Shown here: positions 39,353 to 54,700 of the stretch, piece by piece
How positions within the stretch are numbered: position 1 is the stretch's first letter
How the letters are laid out: each line of letters starts with the position of its first letter
NCBI GenBank assembly: GCA_030141605.1
Contig: JAQGDQ010000184.1
Span: 310,001 to 374,000 of the forward strand
Direction of reading: 5' to 3'
Length of the DNA stretch: 64,000 nt
From: Tubiluchus corallicola
Lineage: Eukaryota; Animalia; Priapulida
Program-made: the position numbers and the translations under genes
The notes under the pieces: model-generated
The model's input: the letters and a program-made list of their open reading frames with translations, nothing else
The model's database searches: none
What the model was told of the DNA's origin: nothing

Positions 39353-42300
39353 TTTTCATTATGATTTCAGTAATAATATCTATATTTTCTCTTTCGAATT
39401 TGAATGTCAGTGTGCGTACAAAGTTTCTCTTTTATGATTGCTGGCGCCAGAGAACCCCAATTATTTTCTCATACAATCAACTTCCAGGTCAACCCTGTTC
39501 TAACAGGACGTGCCGATGATTAATTCGATGTTGCCGTTCTGTTCCTTTGTCTGCAAATTGAATTTTTAACGTTGAACCGACGATTAAGATTCTAATTGCT
39601 GATCTACAAACTGCTTCACCGAATCCAGTGCCAGTTTATTATAGTTTCTGTCTCCTGCAACCGTGCCGTGTTCACATTTATCTGGTTACGGTAACTGTGA
39701 TCAGGTAAACGAGAAGACTCCGAAACTCCATGAAAAGAAAAGCTCTGTGATTATTAAAATACAGCAATAGGGTATATCAGCGCGAAAATGTGAATGCGCC
39801 AATAGATTGCTAATACATTAAGAACACTAAGAATGCTTACACGCTTGAGTCAAATTGTCACGTGAGATAGAAGTTAACACAGAAGCGCCAACAAATCCGT
39901 TGAATGCACGACTTCTTCGATTTCCAATGACTTATACTTGGCAAGGTTGTACTGACTTTGTTCGGGCTGTTTTGAATTTCAAAATATTGCTCACATTGGA
40001 AGGCTGGTGTCGTGATTCTTTGCAAGTTGTCCATAAAATAAATATGAAACACAATTAAAAAACGGCGCTGAAACGCTACGAAAGAAAAATCATTAAAAGA
40101 GCCGGAATAGAACTACTGATACATAATTGCTTATGTGTAATTGTGCAGTTTGTACTACGCGCATTGGGCCAAGATTATTTTTATTTCGGCTGATTTCTGT
40201 CATTTTCGTCTAAAGAATTGTTCAAGCACACTTTCCACAATTTAATGAAACTCTTTTTTCTCTTTAATTTCACGTAGAAGTGCATCACTACAAAATTTTT
40301 TGCTTATTTATCTATTGCTTATTGGACTGTTTTGATCTTTTGCATCCTTTTTATAGTCTAGTAGTTTTTTAGATTCAGTAACATCAAACTAATAAGAATA
40401 ATTTGTCTTTTGTTTTCATAATGAAATTTTGAAATCATTAGATGAAACAGCTAATAAATTTGCATCATCGGCTCAATTTCGTATTGTGTGGCGGCCATAT
40501 TGAAAACGGTGGCCATTTTTGAAATGAAAGTAACAGAAATGGATTAATTAACTACCATATGATGTCATAATCGCGTCTTAACTTTGATTTTCTAGGACTT
40601 TCTCTTAATTTATTTAGTGAAAAAGCTTACTGGTCATTTTGCTTTTTTTGCGTTTGACCCTTTTCCGAGAGTTTTCAAGCTGGCATCAAACGGATAAGAT
40701 TGGCTATGTTGCCCACGTTTAGAAAAAAATGCACTACACACCTTTGCGGGATTTTCTCCTAGTAATTGTGCCACATGGATCACCACTAAGCATCATCAAT
40801 TTATCAAATGAGCCGGCCAATATGTCTGATACCTCTTCAATGAGCAGTACAAACAAACTCGCCATTATATCACAAAGGTTTACCGTTACCAGGAAGCAAA
40901 CAAGACCCAACACTGCTCTTATCATCTCACCACACTAGCCTTACGCCACCGCAGTCGATTTTAGCTTCTAGGTAAATACGTGGACCACGGTTCAACTTGT
41001 CATCCGATCGATGAGCGGTATTGCAAATTATATTTTCTCGATATAAATAAACCCGTAAACGCCTTTAAGAAGGCTGAAACCGACTGGCAGATAATGTCCG
41101 AATTGACGGCTGAAAAATACGGACGTGTGTATGGGCGCAAAGTGCATTCGATAATCGAATATAAAACGGTTATGGTTGAGGACACTGCGTGAAAGAATTG
41201 ACTCACAACTGCTGAAGCGTCTAATACACAATTAATGCCATGTGCAACTTTATCTAGCACTTTTTTCTGTAGAATTACGAATACTTTGAAAATAAGGTCA
41301 GTAACGTGTCGTGGCATTCTTTATACTTCTTGCGTGGACTGCTATGGCGGTTACTATAACGAAGTAATCAGGATTTATATTTATCTTATGACTAGGATTA
41401 CACTTTTTTTATGTGGAAGGTACTATCCGCTATAAAATAAGCTGCTCAAATTAGTTAATTATTTTTAATATTTTTAATAACAACAATGTTTGTATGCACG
41501 TAGTTTATTGACTAAATCACATTACATGTATACATGAAGAACGAGGTAAATGCCACAATCGAATCGATATATTAGTGATTTTAGTCCAAATGTCACTTTA
41601 CGTACATTTTCTACTCATGGTTACAAAGTAATTTTTTTAAAGAACACAACAGTAAGCTATAAGCAAACTGCCTATACGCAGAACTGATGTCACACCATTT
41701 ATACACTTTACTACACGTCATTCACTTCATACTAATTAGCACGTCAGCATAAAAGTTGCAAAATTTCATGACATATTATGTAGCAATTAGGGTGCTCAAC
41801 GAAGTGAGTTAAAAGCAAAGTTTACATTGTCGTAGCGGTTTCTAATATTAGATGTTAGAGGGCATGTCTAACAACAACAACAACAACAAGCTATTTGAAA
41901 AGCCATTTACAATCCCTTTATCTACAGAGAAACAGAGAAAATTATAACAAAAACATGTTAAAGCGTTATTTATTTTATTAAAGTTTTAAATAGACCGCTG
42001 GCCTAAGATTACAAAAAATTATAAAGATTACAATTAATTTTCATTAATTTTTACCTGATTTTATATCTTATATTAATGTTCTACCGACCCCCCCCCCCAA
42101 AAAAGAAATTAACCGAACTATTATTTGCAACATTATTTATCAGCATTCAAATAGTTTTCACGATAATTTCCTTTACAATACCTATGAGAATTTTTGCCTA
42201 CATTAATGTGCCGTTCACTTATTATCCTTTTCAACTTCATAAAAGGAATTTTATTTCGCAATGACACCCTGTTATCTTCGTAAACCAAACTACAACAAAA

Positions 42301-42946
42301 AACTGGGCGTAAACTGTTATTGAATACTGGACATACCACTTTTCTAGACTACAACGTTGTATAATCCGACGGGTACATGTCAGTCAGTACTATCGTAATA
42401 TGTCGACTCGTCCGTTATTCGGTCGCTTATCTGCTATAATATGATTCAGTGCATCACTGCCAAACGTGCCGCAAATCACGAGCTATATCGACGTGATGTC
42501 AGTGTTTGTAAAAATGTAGGGATCACTTTACATACTTCTAAATTGTTACACTGTTAGGTTCCTCCGCGGAGGCCCAATGTCACTATGCAATAGCACTGAC
42601 CTTGAAATCTCCTCACAGCGCACGCTAAACTCTTGTTCTTTCGAGCTATTTCTCTTATTATGAATTTAGTTAGAGCCAGGAACCTAGTTGCAAGATTAAC
42701 TGGCAAGAATTTCGAGGCTTATTCAAGCATTTTGCGCAAATGTTGAAAAACGTGCGCAGAAATTTATTACATCAAATTAGAGTACAGATGCAATTACCAA
42801 ACGGTAAAATTGGCAATCAGCACTAAATTATTTTTTCCGCGATCAGAAGTTTTGTTACGTCTGTCGTATATATTCAGGTGATAAGCTTTACAGATACCGA
42901 TTTCGAATGCTAAAACCGTGACAGTAAAGAGTTCAAATTATTTTTA

Positions 42947-43538
42947 TAGGCCCGAATTAACGGCAAAAATAGACTAAGCACGTGCTTAGGGCAAGAAGGC
43001 TCACAGGGCACGGGAACCTGGTAAAAAATAAATTGAAAACTGTTAAAACTTTAATGAAGTATGTTAAAGACCATAAAACTTCTTTCACAGTTAAGAAATG
43101 TGAGGTAGACGGTTACAGGAAATTGAGGCACCTTGGTTGAGTTGTTTTTCATATTATTATATAGCACCAAAAAGTATCTTCACCGTTTATCATCATGTTT
43201 TCACTCATTGCCATGGCAAGCAGGCAACACTATAACCACAACATCCGCAACAGCCATTAAGTAACGTTCTACGCCAAGAAGTTTCATGATCAGTTGCTCA
43301 TACAGTGGAATCATTTCAACTTTCTTTGTAATACCATTCTGGGCCATAGGTCCCATATAATATAGACATGCAACTTCATAAGCGCTTAAAGTTTTTATTC
43401 AAGATTCCACAGTAGTAATAGCACTTCACAATTACATCGTCTAGCACTGTGCATAGAGTTCTTGGGGTCAATAAAAAATTCAAGTGGCATAAATCCTATG
43501 TGGAACAATATGCACCAACACACCTTAATCCGGCCTTG
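42947..43538. mobile_element. hAT-like MITE
   Basis: Left taggcccgaattaa and right ttaatccggccttg are both variants of a CAGGGCCGGATTAA hAT-type TIR. There is a subterminal palindrome ctaagcacgtgcttag. The 8 bp flanks tattttta / cgttttta match at 6/8. Confidence 0.7.
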
Positions 43539-46500
43539 CGTTTTTAACTAAGGTCGTGGGCAACTTGCGAGTTGGTTGTCTGTTACATTTTCCTGCTGTT
43601 CCCTAAGCTCTTCTGAAGTTTAACATTACTAACAATAGATATTTGTTTCACTGTTCACCGGCTGTAACATGCGTCCTGCATTTTCGTTGCATGAACAACA
43701 TTTGCAGTATTTCACTTGAAGGACTTCAAACATAACATGCAACGTTGGCATGTTGCTGATATTCGGAAATGTTTGATATGTTTGGCATGTTGCTGATAGC
43801 TGACGGCTTACTTGGGTTTTTGCTTGGTGGAACTGAACTTAAACTGAAAGTACGCCTATCAAACATGTGCAGCAGATGCACATCTGCAGCGTGACGTCTT
43901 ACGATAGTTATGATGACGTCTTATGAAATGCCACGTATCATCCACGAAATGTCACGAATTTACCAATGAACAGATTCACGGACACGGTATGGTGATAATT
44001 ATTTAAGCTTGATCATCCTATATTGTAAGCAGAAAATCTTTTACCAGATTTGCCGTATCACGTACCAGATTTACCTCTAGTCAAATAGGCTGTCGCTGAT
44101 TGGGTCATTAAGGCAGGAACTCGCATTCTAACACATCAAAAATGAAACGGGCAAAATAATTTGTCGTCGAAAAACAATTTTCAACGTTTGATTGTGTTTC
44201 GTATACGCTAGATTGTCTGAAGGAGATGGGCTTTTGCTTCACATAATGAAGCAAGGAAAATTTTTGTCTGCCGGGGACAATGAACTCTGCTGTTTTTGCC
44301 TCTTGGAAAATTCTCAAGAGGGCGCCAATTTGCGTGACGTCATGTAAATTTATGTGCACATGATTTCGCGTCTCGATGCGTCTTTTTGCGTTTGATTTCC
44401 TTAAACTTTTTTTGCAAAAATTGCAATTTTGTAGAAGTTGATTTTCTGCAGTAGTGTCGGCAAACAAGTTGTGATACTAAACGGACTAACAAACCCTCAA
44501 TTCAAACAGGGAAATCCCTCGGCAAAGAAATTAAAAGGGCAAGTGTTGTGAACTGTCTTCAAGCGAGTGGAGAGAAAGAAAAACGCAAAAACCCACTAAT
44601 TAGTAATTGCATTTTTCTGGATTCTGAAATTTATAATGCAGTCAATAACTGCTTGTATCTCTACTACTTCACATTTTAACAGCCTGTTGTTCCACATATT
44701 TCTTGTGAAAAGTGAAGTGTCTTGAAGGATTGCACATCTGGTAGCGATGGCCATTGTATGGGTGTCTTCTAAATTAAATACAGTTTATATAACATACTTA
44801 ATTAAATTAAACACATTTTTACGTAAGGCTAGACAATAACAATACTGATTGCAATATGATAAAAGACTTACTAACAGCTGCATGGTATTAGAATATACAG
44901 CTCAAAAAATAACACCAAACTAAGTAATAACACCATGACTAAACGTATTCTGCTGTTTATGACTTGGACACGAATGGCAAACGAATCGTTGTATGTGTCG
45001 AAATCATATTAATATTTTTAGTACTTATTTGGTTAACGGTATTTACATACACACAATATTAGTGTCGTGGTGAGTGCACCCGAAATTTAATTTTTGGCCA
45101 TTTGCATATGTACATAGAAAACTGGTTGCTACTTATTGTATAAACACTGGCCCGCTAAGAAGTTCGGCAGTGTTTCGCTTTTTGTAGACATGGAAGTTTT
45201 AGGTGTAGTTCATGGTAATTCTACAATTAGCTACAAGATAATAACAACCTATCAACAAATTATAAATGACAAAAAAGACTACTTTCGAATTGCGATTTGA
45301 ATTGCAGTTCCGGAATCTTGGCTGCTTAGGAAGGAAAGGGAACAAGAAGAAAAATGAGGAGGAGGAGAAAAAGGAAAGACCCGGTGATTTGTACAAATGA
45401 CGCTTGCATTGTATGCGTTTCTATCGATTGCGGATTTTGAAGCTAACGTGAAACACATCATTACCAATGTACGTGCGAAAAACAGCATCAATATGCGTAC
45501 GCGCGCTTCACTGAACATGGTTTGCCTAATAGCATTCCAGCTGATAAGCATAAAAATGTGCAGAATCTAGAAGAAGAATCCGTAAGAATCTTCGAGTAAA
45601 GAAAATGCAGCAAACAAAGGTTCCTCTAATTGACAAGCTGCAACTCGCTGAAAGTTCAACTGGTGGCAAATGAAGTCCAGAGAAAACTCACACAAATCAT
45701 TTTTTCTGTTTTGCTTTATAATCCTCTTCCCATATTACAAACGGGACAGCTGAAACGATATCACTATTACGTTTTGAATGGCGTTTTGTGTAGTTTAAAC
45801 GGTATACTGATCATCGTTTTATGTTGTTTTGTTTGTAATAATCTGTTATTTATTGTGCGTCGCTTCTTTAAATGTTAATATAATGCTGAAATAAATAAAT
45901 TTATTATCTATTTAATTAGTGTTTTAGCTGGTGTATAATAGATCATTTCACACAATGTAATTAAACCCGATGTCAAGCTTACAGACGATTATCATATCAG
46001 CAGTCAACTCTTCAGAGCTTTTTATAAGGTTTTTTTTATACAATTTGGCATAAATTTTGTGCATTATTTTCCTTTCTCCTATTTTCCATTTCTTCGTTTA
46101 AAATGCGATTATCAAACTAAGTAAGTAGAAAAAATGTAGAGCTGTAGTTCTTAGTTATAAATTCACTCTCGAAACAAGTAAAAATAATACTAGTAAGTGA
46201 TTATAAAGACTGAGGCACAACCAGCCACCGATACTTATTTAATAAAGTTCGATTAACGTCGAACTTGTATTTCCAGTGGACCTCCCACTCCAACCATGCA
46301 GCTGTCGCACTTAATAAAACTAGAACACCTTTACTGCAACTTACTAGTAATGCTAGTAATTAGTTGTCCACATACATTAACCTGATTACTATGATGAGTG
46401 ATGTACTTAATACACTGTTAATCCTCCAAGCTCCTGCTGATCACTCTCAATAGAATTCAACTGCATCACCAAACCGTGAAGAGTAGGATTCGCTTCATTG

Positions 46501-47199
46501 AACCGTAATAACGAACTTCTGTTTCCTAGTTCTTCGCAGAACTCAGGTGCTCTAGTTTGTGCTACCTACCTTTTAGAATTATTTACACAATATAGCTAAG
46601 CAATGGTTGAAGCATTTTGCTGGATTGATCCTGCAATATACATGTAATTAGTAATTACATATTTCTATAACTCGTCAAATGGAATATGGCCTAACACCGC
46701 ACGACCCTTCTGCTTTCAAGCTACACAGAAATGCATCTATTGTAATGTGGTGATGCTGAGGTAGTCTTGTTTTAATAGACTACGCATTTAAAAGGGAAAG
46801 TGGGAAAGCAAAATGTAGAATACAGTTCATTTTGTTTCCTAGTGGTCAAATCGCACTGTAAGAAACAGTAATTGTTTTACTGTAAAGCGATCCCAAAAAT
46901 TAGCACGTAAAATCTGAGAAGACGGTCGATCTTTTTGTTTTCCAGTTTTTTGCAGGTTTATTTGTTCGTATAGTTAAGAAAAAATTAACTTATTTGTTGG
47001 AATATGACTTATTTTGTGGCTTTCTAATAAGTGATTGCCGTTCTGTGCAAAACTAATCGCTGTGTTTGCGTGACAATGTGAACTGCTATGTAAATGGATC
47101 CCTCCATCTAGGCAGATCGTGTATTTTTGCCATTGCCATTACGGTTGCCATTCGATCAATCTTTCCTAGAGCACCCAGTAGAGGTGCAGACCCTTCACG

Positions 47200-47490
47200 T
47201 GAAAAACCTGTTAATCTGTACCAAATTTGGTTATTATACCTTCAACTGTTTTAATTTCTGATTTTTTCTTTGACTTTGACTTTTGACATCTTGAACTTAA
47301 AACTAATGGGTTTTTACGCCTTGTCAGACCTACCCCTGTACCCGTTTAGTGATTGTGGCTCTATTGATTTTGATAATTTTAACCTAGTGAAGGTGACTTT
47401 TGGTTTTAACAATCCAAAATCAAGTTTTTTTTAGATGTTGCCATGTCTGATTTTGTGCCAGATTTCATTCGCTTCATCCGTAATAAACCT
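47200..47490 (+). repeat. Degenerate interspersed repeat of the TGACCTTGACCTTTGAC type
   Basis: tgactttgacttttgacatcttgaacttaaaactaatggg plus a second decayed unit ~130 bp later (gtgacttttggttttaacaatccaaaatcaag); resembles internally repetitive non-autonomous elements common in marine invertebrates. Confidence 0.4.
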
Positions 47491-48019
47491 TCTAATAAAG
47501 ATCAACTTGCTTCTCAATTACTATAAATTGTGTATTCTATTTTGGCGGTCTTATTTATTTTTCATGTTTTATTGCAAACTAGTCCCACACAGGGAATGAA
47601 ATCATGCTTGCCATTTCTCTGTTGTTTAGGAACATGAATATAGCTAGAAGAGACAACTGCCTGCCTATAGTAGTGTCATTTGAGGTTAGCTTTTCCATTA
47701 GATTGTGTGATACGGGAGCATTAGGCATCTGTAACGTCGGAATGCCGTGCTCGCCTGCGTCACTGTCAGCTTTCATTAAAAAACAGCCGAATGGATGAAG
47801 ACATAATCACGTGACCTACTTTCCTGCCATATTTCAGAGCTGCCAATTCTGAGGATGCAGTCTGGCTAGAGATTCTGGCTAGCTGCATCTATTCGCATTT
47901 AACTAGTGTAGGCCTCTACTCCGCCTCTTTTGTTTTCCGCCTCTTTTGTCAGTACCTCGTCAGATTCATTCATGGCAGTCTTATTAATTCTTTATCGTTA
48001 AATACAAATTTGTCTTTCT

Positions 48020-48090
48020 CAAGGCTGGATTATATCCTCTGGGGGCCGCTAGGCTAATGAAATTATGAGGCCCCTTCAACACAGGCCCTT
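48020..48090 (+). mobile_element. hAT-like left end (orphan)
   Basis: caaggctggatta followed by gggggcc/ggcccc subterminal motifs; no matching right end recognised. Confidence 0.4.
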
Positions 48091-49284
48091 TGACTCAAAT
48101 AATGGGTCGCAAACAAGTGCCACTTTGTTAAAATTGGGTTTTCAGACTCTTTGAGATTTTTGCATTTTTTTAAGTATCTGTGAGCTACAACTTTGATATC
48201 TGAAGCATTTTTTAATAAAAAACGACTATCAAGTCTTAATAAACAAATGTTTCCTCTGCCACTGAAACTTGTCTAGTCGTATGAGTGGTCCTAGCAAGTA
48301 ACAACTGCTAGGTTGTGAAATTGTGGATGTTACGAAACACAAAACATTCCATATTTTTGTGCATCCGTGATTTATACATTTTCACGTTGTAAGCCTATTT
48401 AATTCAAACTTTCATGCAAATACAAGCTCTAGCTTTACAACTATTTGTTTTTTTTAATTACCTCGAAAATGATAAATGGAAATTTTCAAAACCTTGGTGA
48501 GCCTTTATAAATCCTCTGGCGCTATTGTTATCTTTCATTCTTGGGATAATTTTCCATTCCCACTTGCCTCTTTCGAGAATAACACTAAATTATTTCTTTG
48601 CCTGAAAACGTGAATTTCGGAATTTATTTTGGGCTATGCTTCAAGTTAAAGATAAACAAATCCAAACTTTCTTATCGTTTGCTGAATAAGTATGTGCATA
48701 ATGTCTTTCCAAAAGATATTAATTTATAGGAACTTAATTTGTCAACTATGGTCTGTGCTGGTATATTAATGAATACCTGTCTGCTACTGTGCTGTAAATA
48801 CTAATTATTAATAATTTATCATAATCATCTGTCATATTTACCGTACATGCACAGTATGGTGTGATTCGATTAGTGTGTATAAATGTGGATGAGTGATTAA
48901 GTCTTGTATTTAATACAGCGCGAAGCCAAGCGCATAATCTAACCACTGGTGCTTGAAATATTAATTGATAATCACAACTAACGAAATAGCTTAATATTCC
49001 ATGAGGGCAGCGTTGCTGAGACGCCAGCCGTTAAGGTTCTGCACATTTCTACTTTTGCGTATGTATACTTGCCTTACAGACCAACAAAGTTATTTTAATT
49101 AAAACATCTGCACATGTAATATCATGTGCAGGTCAAATTATGTGCATGTAAGAGACGTCAGTAAACGTGTGGGCTGTGAACGTATAGACGCTTTTATTTA
49201 TTTTTACTGATGCAGTTGAACCGTTCCGTTAAAGCGATTGTTTTTTCGGATTTGTCATTAGTGACTTGTGTTTACAATAGCTCT

Positions 49285-49455
<171 letters not shown>

Positions 49456-49456
49456 T

Positions 49457-50350
49457 GAAATGGAGTACGCCAAGATGGCAAGATGTCACCTTTTCTTTTT
49501 AATTTTTATTTTGAAGATCTAAGTGTTAAGCTTTCATCAAACCAACTTGGTTGCAATGTTTCGAATATGGTTATGAACCACCTGATGTACGCTGACGATG
49601 TTTGTTTGTTAGCAAAAACGATTACAGTCCTACAGCAACTGCTAGATGTGTATAAATTGTGTGCTGAACAGTATGACATTAAAATCAATGTAGCTAAAAC
49701 TAAACTTATGTCTGTTAATTCAAATATCATGAAAAATTTTACGTTTGGTAACATCAAACTAGATAATAATGTTCTACTTACCTGTGATAAAAATATTTGG
49801 GACATATTATTTCAAATGATAACCGAGATAACCTTGACATTGTTAATCAAAGATCCTTATACTACTGTCGTACAAACCAACTTATTAGACAATTCAGCTA
49901 TTGTTTTGTTGATATTTTAAGATATCTATTTAATGCTTACTGTAATACATTCTATTGCATGTCTACCTGAAGACATTTTAATAATTGTAATATCTTAAAC
50001 TCAAAATTGCGCACAATGTGTCAAAAAGGTTATTTTTGGATATGCATGTGATTACAGTGCTCGTGAGATGAGTGTTAAAATTCGCGTGATGTATTTTGAC
50101 GTATTACGTAGAAAATCTGTCTTAAGTTTAATGAAAAGATTTGATTCTAGTGATAATTTAATGTGCCAGAAAATTTGAGTAAGCGATGCTAAATTTACAT
50201 CGCACATAAGACAGCAATGGTGGAGACTATTGTAATTTTCATGCTTATCAAAGTGTGATTTGTTTGTATTGGTTTTTTGTTTTTATGATGTTGCATGTTT
50301 TATATATGTAAATTATAATATGAACTTATGTTTGAAATAAAGAATTAAAT

Positions 50351-50355
<5 letters not shown>
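49457..50355 (+). mobile_element. 5'-truncated, frameshifted non-LTR retrotransposon (RTE-X-like RT), copy 2
   Basis: Translates NGVRQDGKMSPFLFNFYFEDL...GCNVSNMVMNHLMYADDVCLLA...INVAKTK; after frameshifts it gives AYCNTFYCMST* and SAREMSVKIRVMYFDVLRRKSVLSL...SHIRQQWWRLL*, colinear with copy 1. The 3' UTR ends gaaataaagaattaaataaaaa. Confidence 0.9.

Positions 50356-50400
<45 letters not shown>
50356..50400. repeat. (CT)n microsatellite at the 3' flank of the LINE
   Basis: Direct read. Confidence 0.95.
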
Positions 50401-50403
<3 letters not shown>

Positions 50404-51539
50404 TCTCTTTCTCAGAATCAGCTTCAAGCTGATCAAATTTGCACTTCTTTCTTTTTATGATAGTAAACTTGCTTCTTGCGTAAATCAGTCTGTCTTCTGG
50501 GTCTTTTTTGCAAGAGTATGTTGAATGTTCTTTCTGATCTACTGACATTGCCTTTATACATGTGTCACTGTCAATATGCTGTCGTACCGGAAGTTCAATC
50601 CCGGGAAGGATGACGTCTCGGACGGTGTTTGTGCTGAGTTAGCCAAAAGAGTTTTTTCTTTGTTAATTGTAATAGTGACTCATTACCAACTTTCACTAGA
50701 CATCACTTTAGAGTTTTCTAGGTCGGTCAACTTGCATTTACTAACTACGCTGAGCCTTGCTTAATTTCGGTCGCTAAACGCACGTGGCAGCCACTTATAG
50801 CTATTTCAACCGCTATTAAAATGCTATTAAATCCAAGTCATTCATTTTCCCTGACAATTACGTTCTAGATCAGGAATTAGTTTACTCACTTTCGTACATA
50901 ATGTATACACATATAAATGATGTTACTGTCATCAATGCAAAAATATATAACGCAAATGAGACACGTGGGATTTCGACCTGTCTCTTTACAATTTGTCATC
51001 TGGTGCCTGAACGTGACTGACTATTTATAACCGTAATCTACCAACTAGAATCATATTTTGTTCGTGGCTTCTTTTGTCAAATTTATAAATTAAAAAGTTT
51101 GAATTACCTTTGATGTCTACCTAACCAATTATCACCTTCATAATTTGAGGACAACACAGAGTATTGAAATGCGTAGTGAATAAATTATTTAAATAAATAA
51201 ATTCTATGCCTATGCTTTTTTGTGTTTTTACGCCAACAATTTGACAAAAACACGTATGATAATCTTTAAAAATCACACTGCACTGACACAACAAGTATAA
51301 GCCCTCAGATATCACATTTTTGCTTTTCTTGGCTTAAATGTTTGTCATTTTTATAATTCATTTGTGTTGTTATTATTATGTTATTTCATCAAGCCGGCTT
51401 ATAAGCCCAAGCTTATATGTCAGACGTGGGTGTTCAGTTTCTACAACGACAACTGCTGATTTTCGCTTGTCAGCTGTCCAGATTTTTAATTTTTTATTTA
51501 AGGAAAATTTTATTCGGATAAATATTTACTAATAGTGGC

Positions 51540-51725
51540 GATAATGATGAAATAACAATGATTATAGTGATGACGATGTTGATTGTGATGGTGACCATGA
51601 AGAAGAAGGAGAAAAAAAGAAGAAGAAGGTGATGATGATGATGATGAGGATGATAACAATGACCGTAGTGACGAAGATGGTGACGATCATATCGTATAGC
51701 GGCAGAGGATAAGGATGAGGCGAAT
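51540..51725. repeat. Degenerate (GAT)/(GAA) low-complexity tract
   Basis: Direct read. Confidence 0.8.
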
Positions 51726-54700
51726 GGTGAACCTGACTTGACAAGTATGTTGTTTTAGCAGGTTTTTTCTGATTAGGCCATTCAGAGACTGAATTTTGGC
51801 CTCTATACGTGACAGAACCTTTTACTAAGTTAACGCCCAAGGAAATTATGTTGGGCACTAATTTTGCATGAGATAGCTTATAAGACTACGCCAGTATGGT
51901 TTCTGCAACAAACATCCCTGTAATTTATATGAAATAAATATAACTAAATGGAAGCCACAAAAAGTTTACTGGCAAAATTTAGTTATGAACTTTTCTATTA
52001 ATAATTGTTATGTTTGCACCAAAGAAATAATATTAGTATCCAGTCTTCTTAATGCGATCCCTGTAGTGTTAATTAAGAGGCAGCACCGCCGCGAAACTCT
52101 TAATGTGGTAACTGTAGCGAGTTCTATTTGATCAGGATGGAATGTAAATTAAAAACCGCGCAACAACATTGGCTAAATTACTCGCTATTGATTTGACTTG
52201 TTTATTCATCACCCAATAGCTTAAGTGGCGCATAAAGGTTAGTTCATACAGCAAGCGGTACAGATGCGAGCTGAAAGGTCTACCGCATAAACTTATTCAC
52301 TGTTACCTATAGCCTCTTAATTACTCGTGCGTCTGCATGATTATATAAGCGTGCTTTAAATGCGAGGTAGCCAGGAGGGGCATTCTTGGTTGCGTGAGTC
52401 TCTACGGCTTCAGTGAAGCTTCTAGCCGCTCAGTCTAGCTGAAGCCGCTATGTGTTGCGGTTTTGCCAGGTTTTTCCTCAAAGCGAAGAGGATGAGTCAT
52501 TAAAGTGTTTTCGCGTTCGCAACACCTTCTTTGTTTTTGTTTTTGCACCTCGCGGGGGTAGACGTTTTGATGAATCAGTTGTGAATCAACAGGTAAAATT
52601 TCACTAAGGTGAGTTGTACATTTTACTTCTTACTAGAATTAAGAAGGTTTGAGGCAGCACAGTAATAAGTATACATTCTCTGTATCCAAACTTTAATTTC
52701 CTTATTTGAGTTGCTACTGTTGAGCCTTATGAAAAAATCACCCAGAAGTTTTTTGCATAGTTTTAGTAGTATGGTGTTAAAGTATTTCATCATAACGTGC
52801 AATTTTAAGATTGTTTTCAATGTGACAAACATCATTTAATAAAACGAACAGGCCAAGATATGAACGATATCAGAATGTTTAAATACGAACTGCTATTCTT
52901 TAGAGAGAACCGCTGCAGCTGCAAACAAACAAAATTTGTTGGTTATCACTCCACTTTAGATGAAATTGGTAATCTGTTGAGTAGTGTTGCAAATGTATCA
53001 TGAGTTCGTACCTATTTCATTTTTACACGCTTCATTCGGTATTGTCAGGTTAGACTTTGAAACCAATAGTGGTATTTAGCATTTACTAGTTTTTATTATT
53101 TTTTTTACTAGTTTTTTTTATTTTGGTTTGTTGCCGAATCACGTACCGAAGAATAGTTGATGCTTAAGAATTAAATTTCTGACTAACCCCCTTGTTATAT
53201 GGTATATACTTATACCCATATCATGCATGACCTTTTTTAGTACAAAGATTTCAAAAAAATAGAAAACAGAGTGCATTGTAATTAATTGCTAATGCACTAA
53301 TAACCTAATAGTTTATTAGTTAATTAGTTTGCTTTCTTGAAGATTTCAAGCTGCACAACGAAATAAGAAGGGTAGTCAGTATACAGCCCGTCATCAAACT
53401 GAATATAGGACTGCAATATTTAATGACATGCTGCTCTTCCCCCTTTCAAGACAGCAGTACAATTTTTGCCAGCTGTTTTATTGTTTATTCTGATGGGGTT
53501 TCGTGCGGATAAACGCCACACAATATAGTAACGTATAAGTATACACAAAATAGCAATCAACTACATACTCTTAAGTTGAATCTGTTATAAAATTTTGTTA
53601 TTGCTACATCTCACTTGCACAGTTTAATGAAATTATATATAGACACTTAATCCATTATGGCAGTAATAAAATTACGTCATGATCTTCAAACGCCATTTTT
53701 TAAAGTAAGTGAAGCAACTTGCTTTATTACCGGCAATAATAATACTGGTAACAAGCTTTTTTGTCATTAATAGCAAAAAACATAAATGTGTCATATTTTT
53801 ACAGAACAGCATATGTTTTCTCTAAAGGCCAAATTAGCCTAACGATCGCTAACAGCATTCTCTATGCATGGTAATCAAGTTGTTTAGTTTAATTATTAAT
53901 GCACAGCGCTGTTCTAGTCTACACGGTGTGCTCTATTATGTCAACGCGCACTTGTACATCGTTATTAAGTTGTGGCCAGGTTAGGTACACACTGAATCTT
54001 AAGTGCCCTTTCTTCCAGAAAATTTGAACGCTTAGGCTGATAGGCTAGTATCATGCATTTTGTTTATTTCTTTCGCAAAGCAAACATACTAGATTTAAAT
54101 TTTTCCGTTATTTAAAAAGTTAGATTTGTATTTAAGAAATTAAAGTTATCCTAACAGCCAAGACGCGTATAAGCAATATATTAGACCCTAAACCTATCAG
54201 CTATGGCGGTTGAAGAAAAGAAAATCAACGCCAAATTGCCACTTTGTAAAACAGGAGAAGTTGAAAATTATGAGTGACGCCATCGATCCGCAAAATTGAA
54301 AAATCATTATTAATGACGCCATGTCGGGCTTCAAATAAAGACCCCGAACCTCAAATATTCACAATACCTAAAAGCTGGTATTACTGCTATATTTTATAAT
54401 AAGGTTTTGCCAATCTGGCGTTTTCATCTCACGTTCTAAACAAAACATTTTTGAATGTACTTTAAGATGGACATTCTGATCTATGTGAGGAAAAGTGACT
54501 CTGTTGTTACGTGTTTTCCTTGTCACAAGTGCCTGGAGCCTTTGCTAACAGTGCTGTGTAACATTATGACGCGTAGCGCAGTTAAAAATTGCATGTTATG
54601 TACACAAACTAATGCGATTACAACAACAAACCTTTTGACTTTAAGCAAGGACAAGAACTTAGTGAGAAGATACGGTAGTAAGGAAATGTTTTTTTCAGAA

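Noticed and set aside
40490-41320. Overlapping 60-105 aa ORFs after a ggcggccatattg motif, possibly a transposase relic
   Set aside because: No catalytic or family motif recognised in the frames examined.
44108-45600. 119 aa ORF and Cys-containing fragments
   Set aside because: Non-ATG starts, frequent stops and no recognisable domain.
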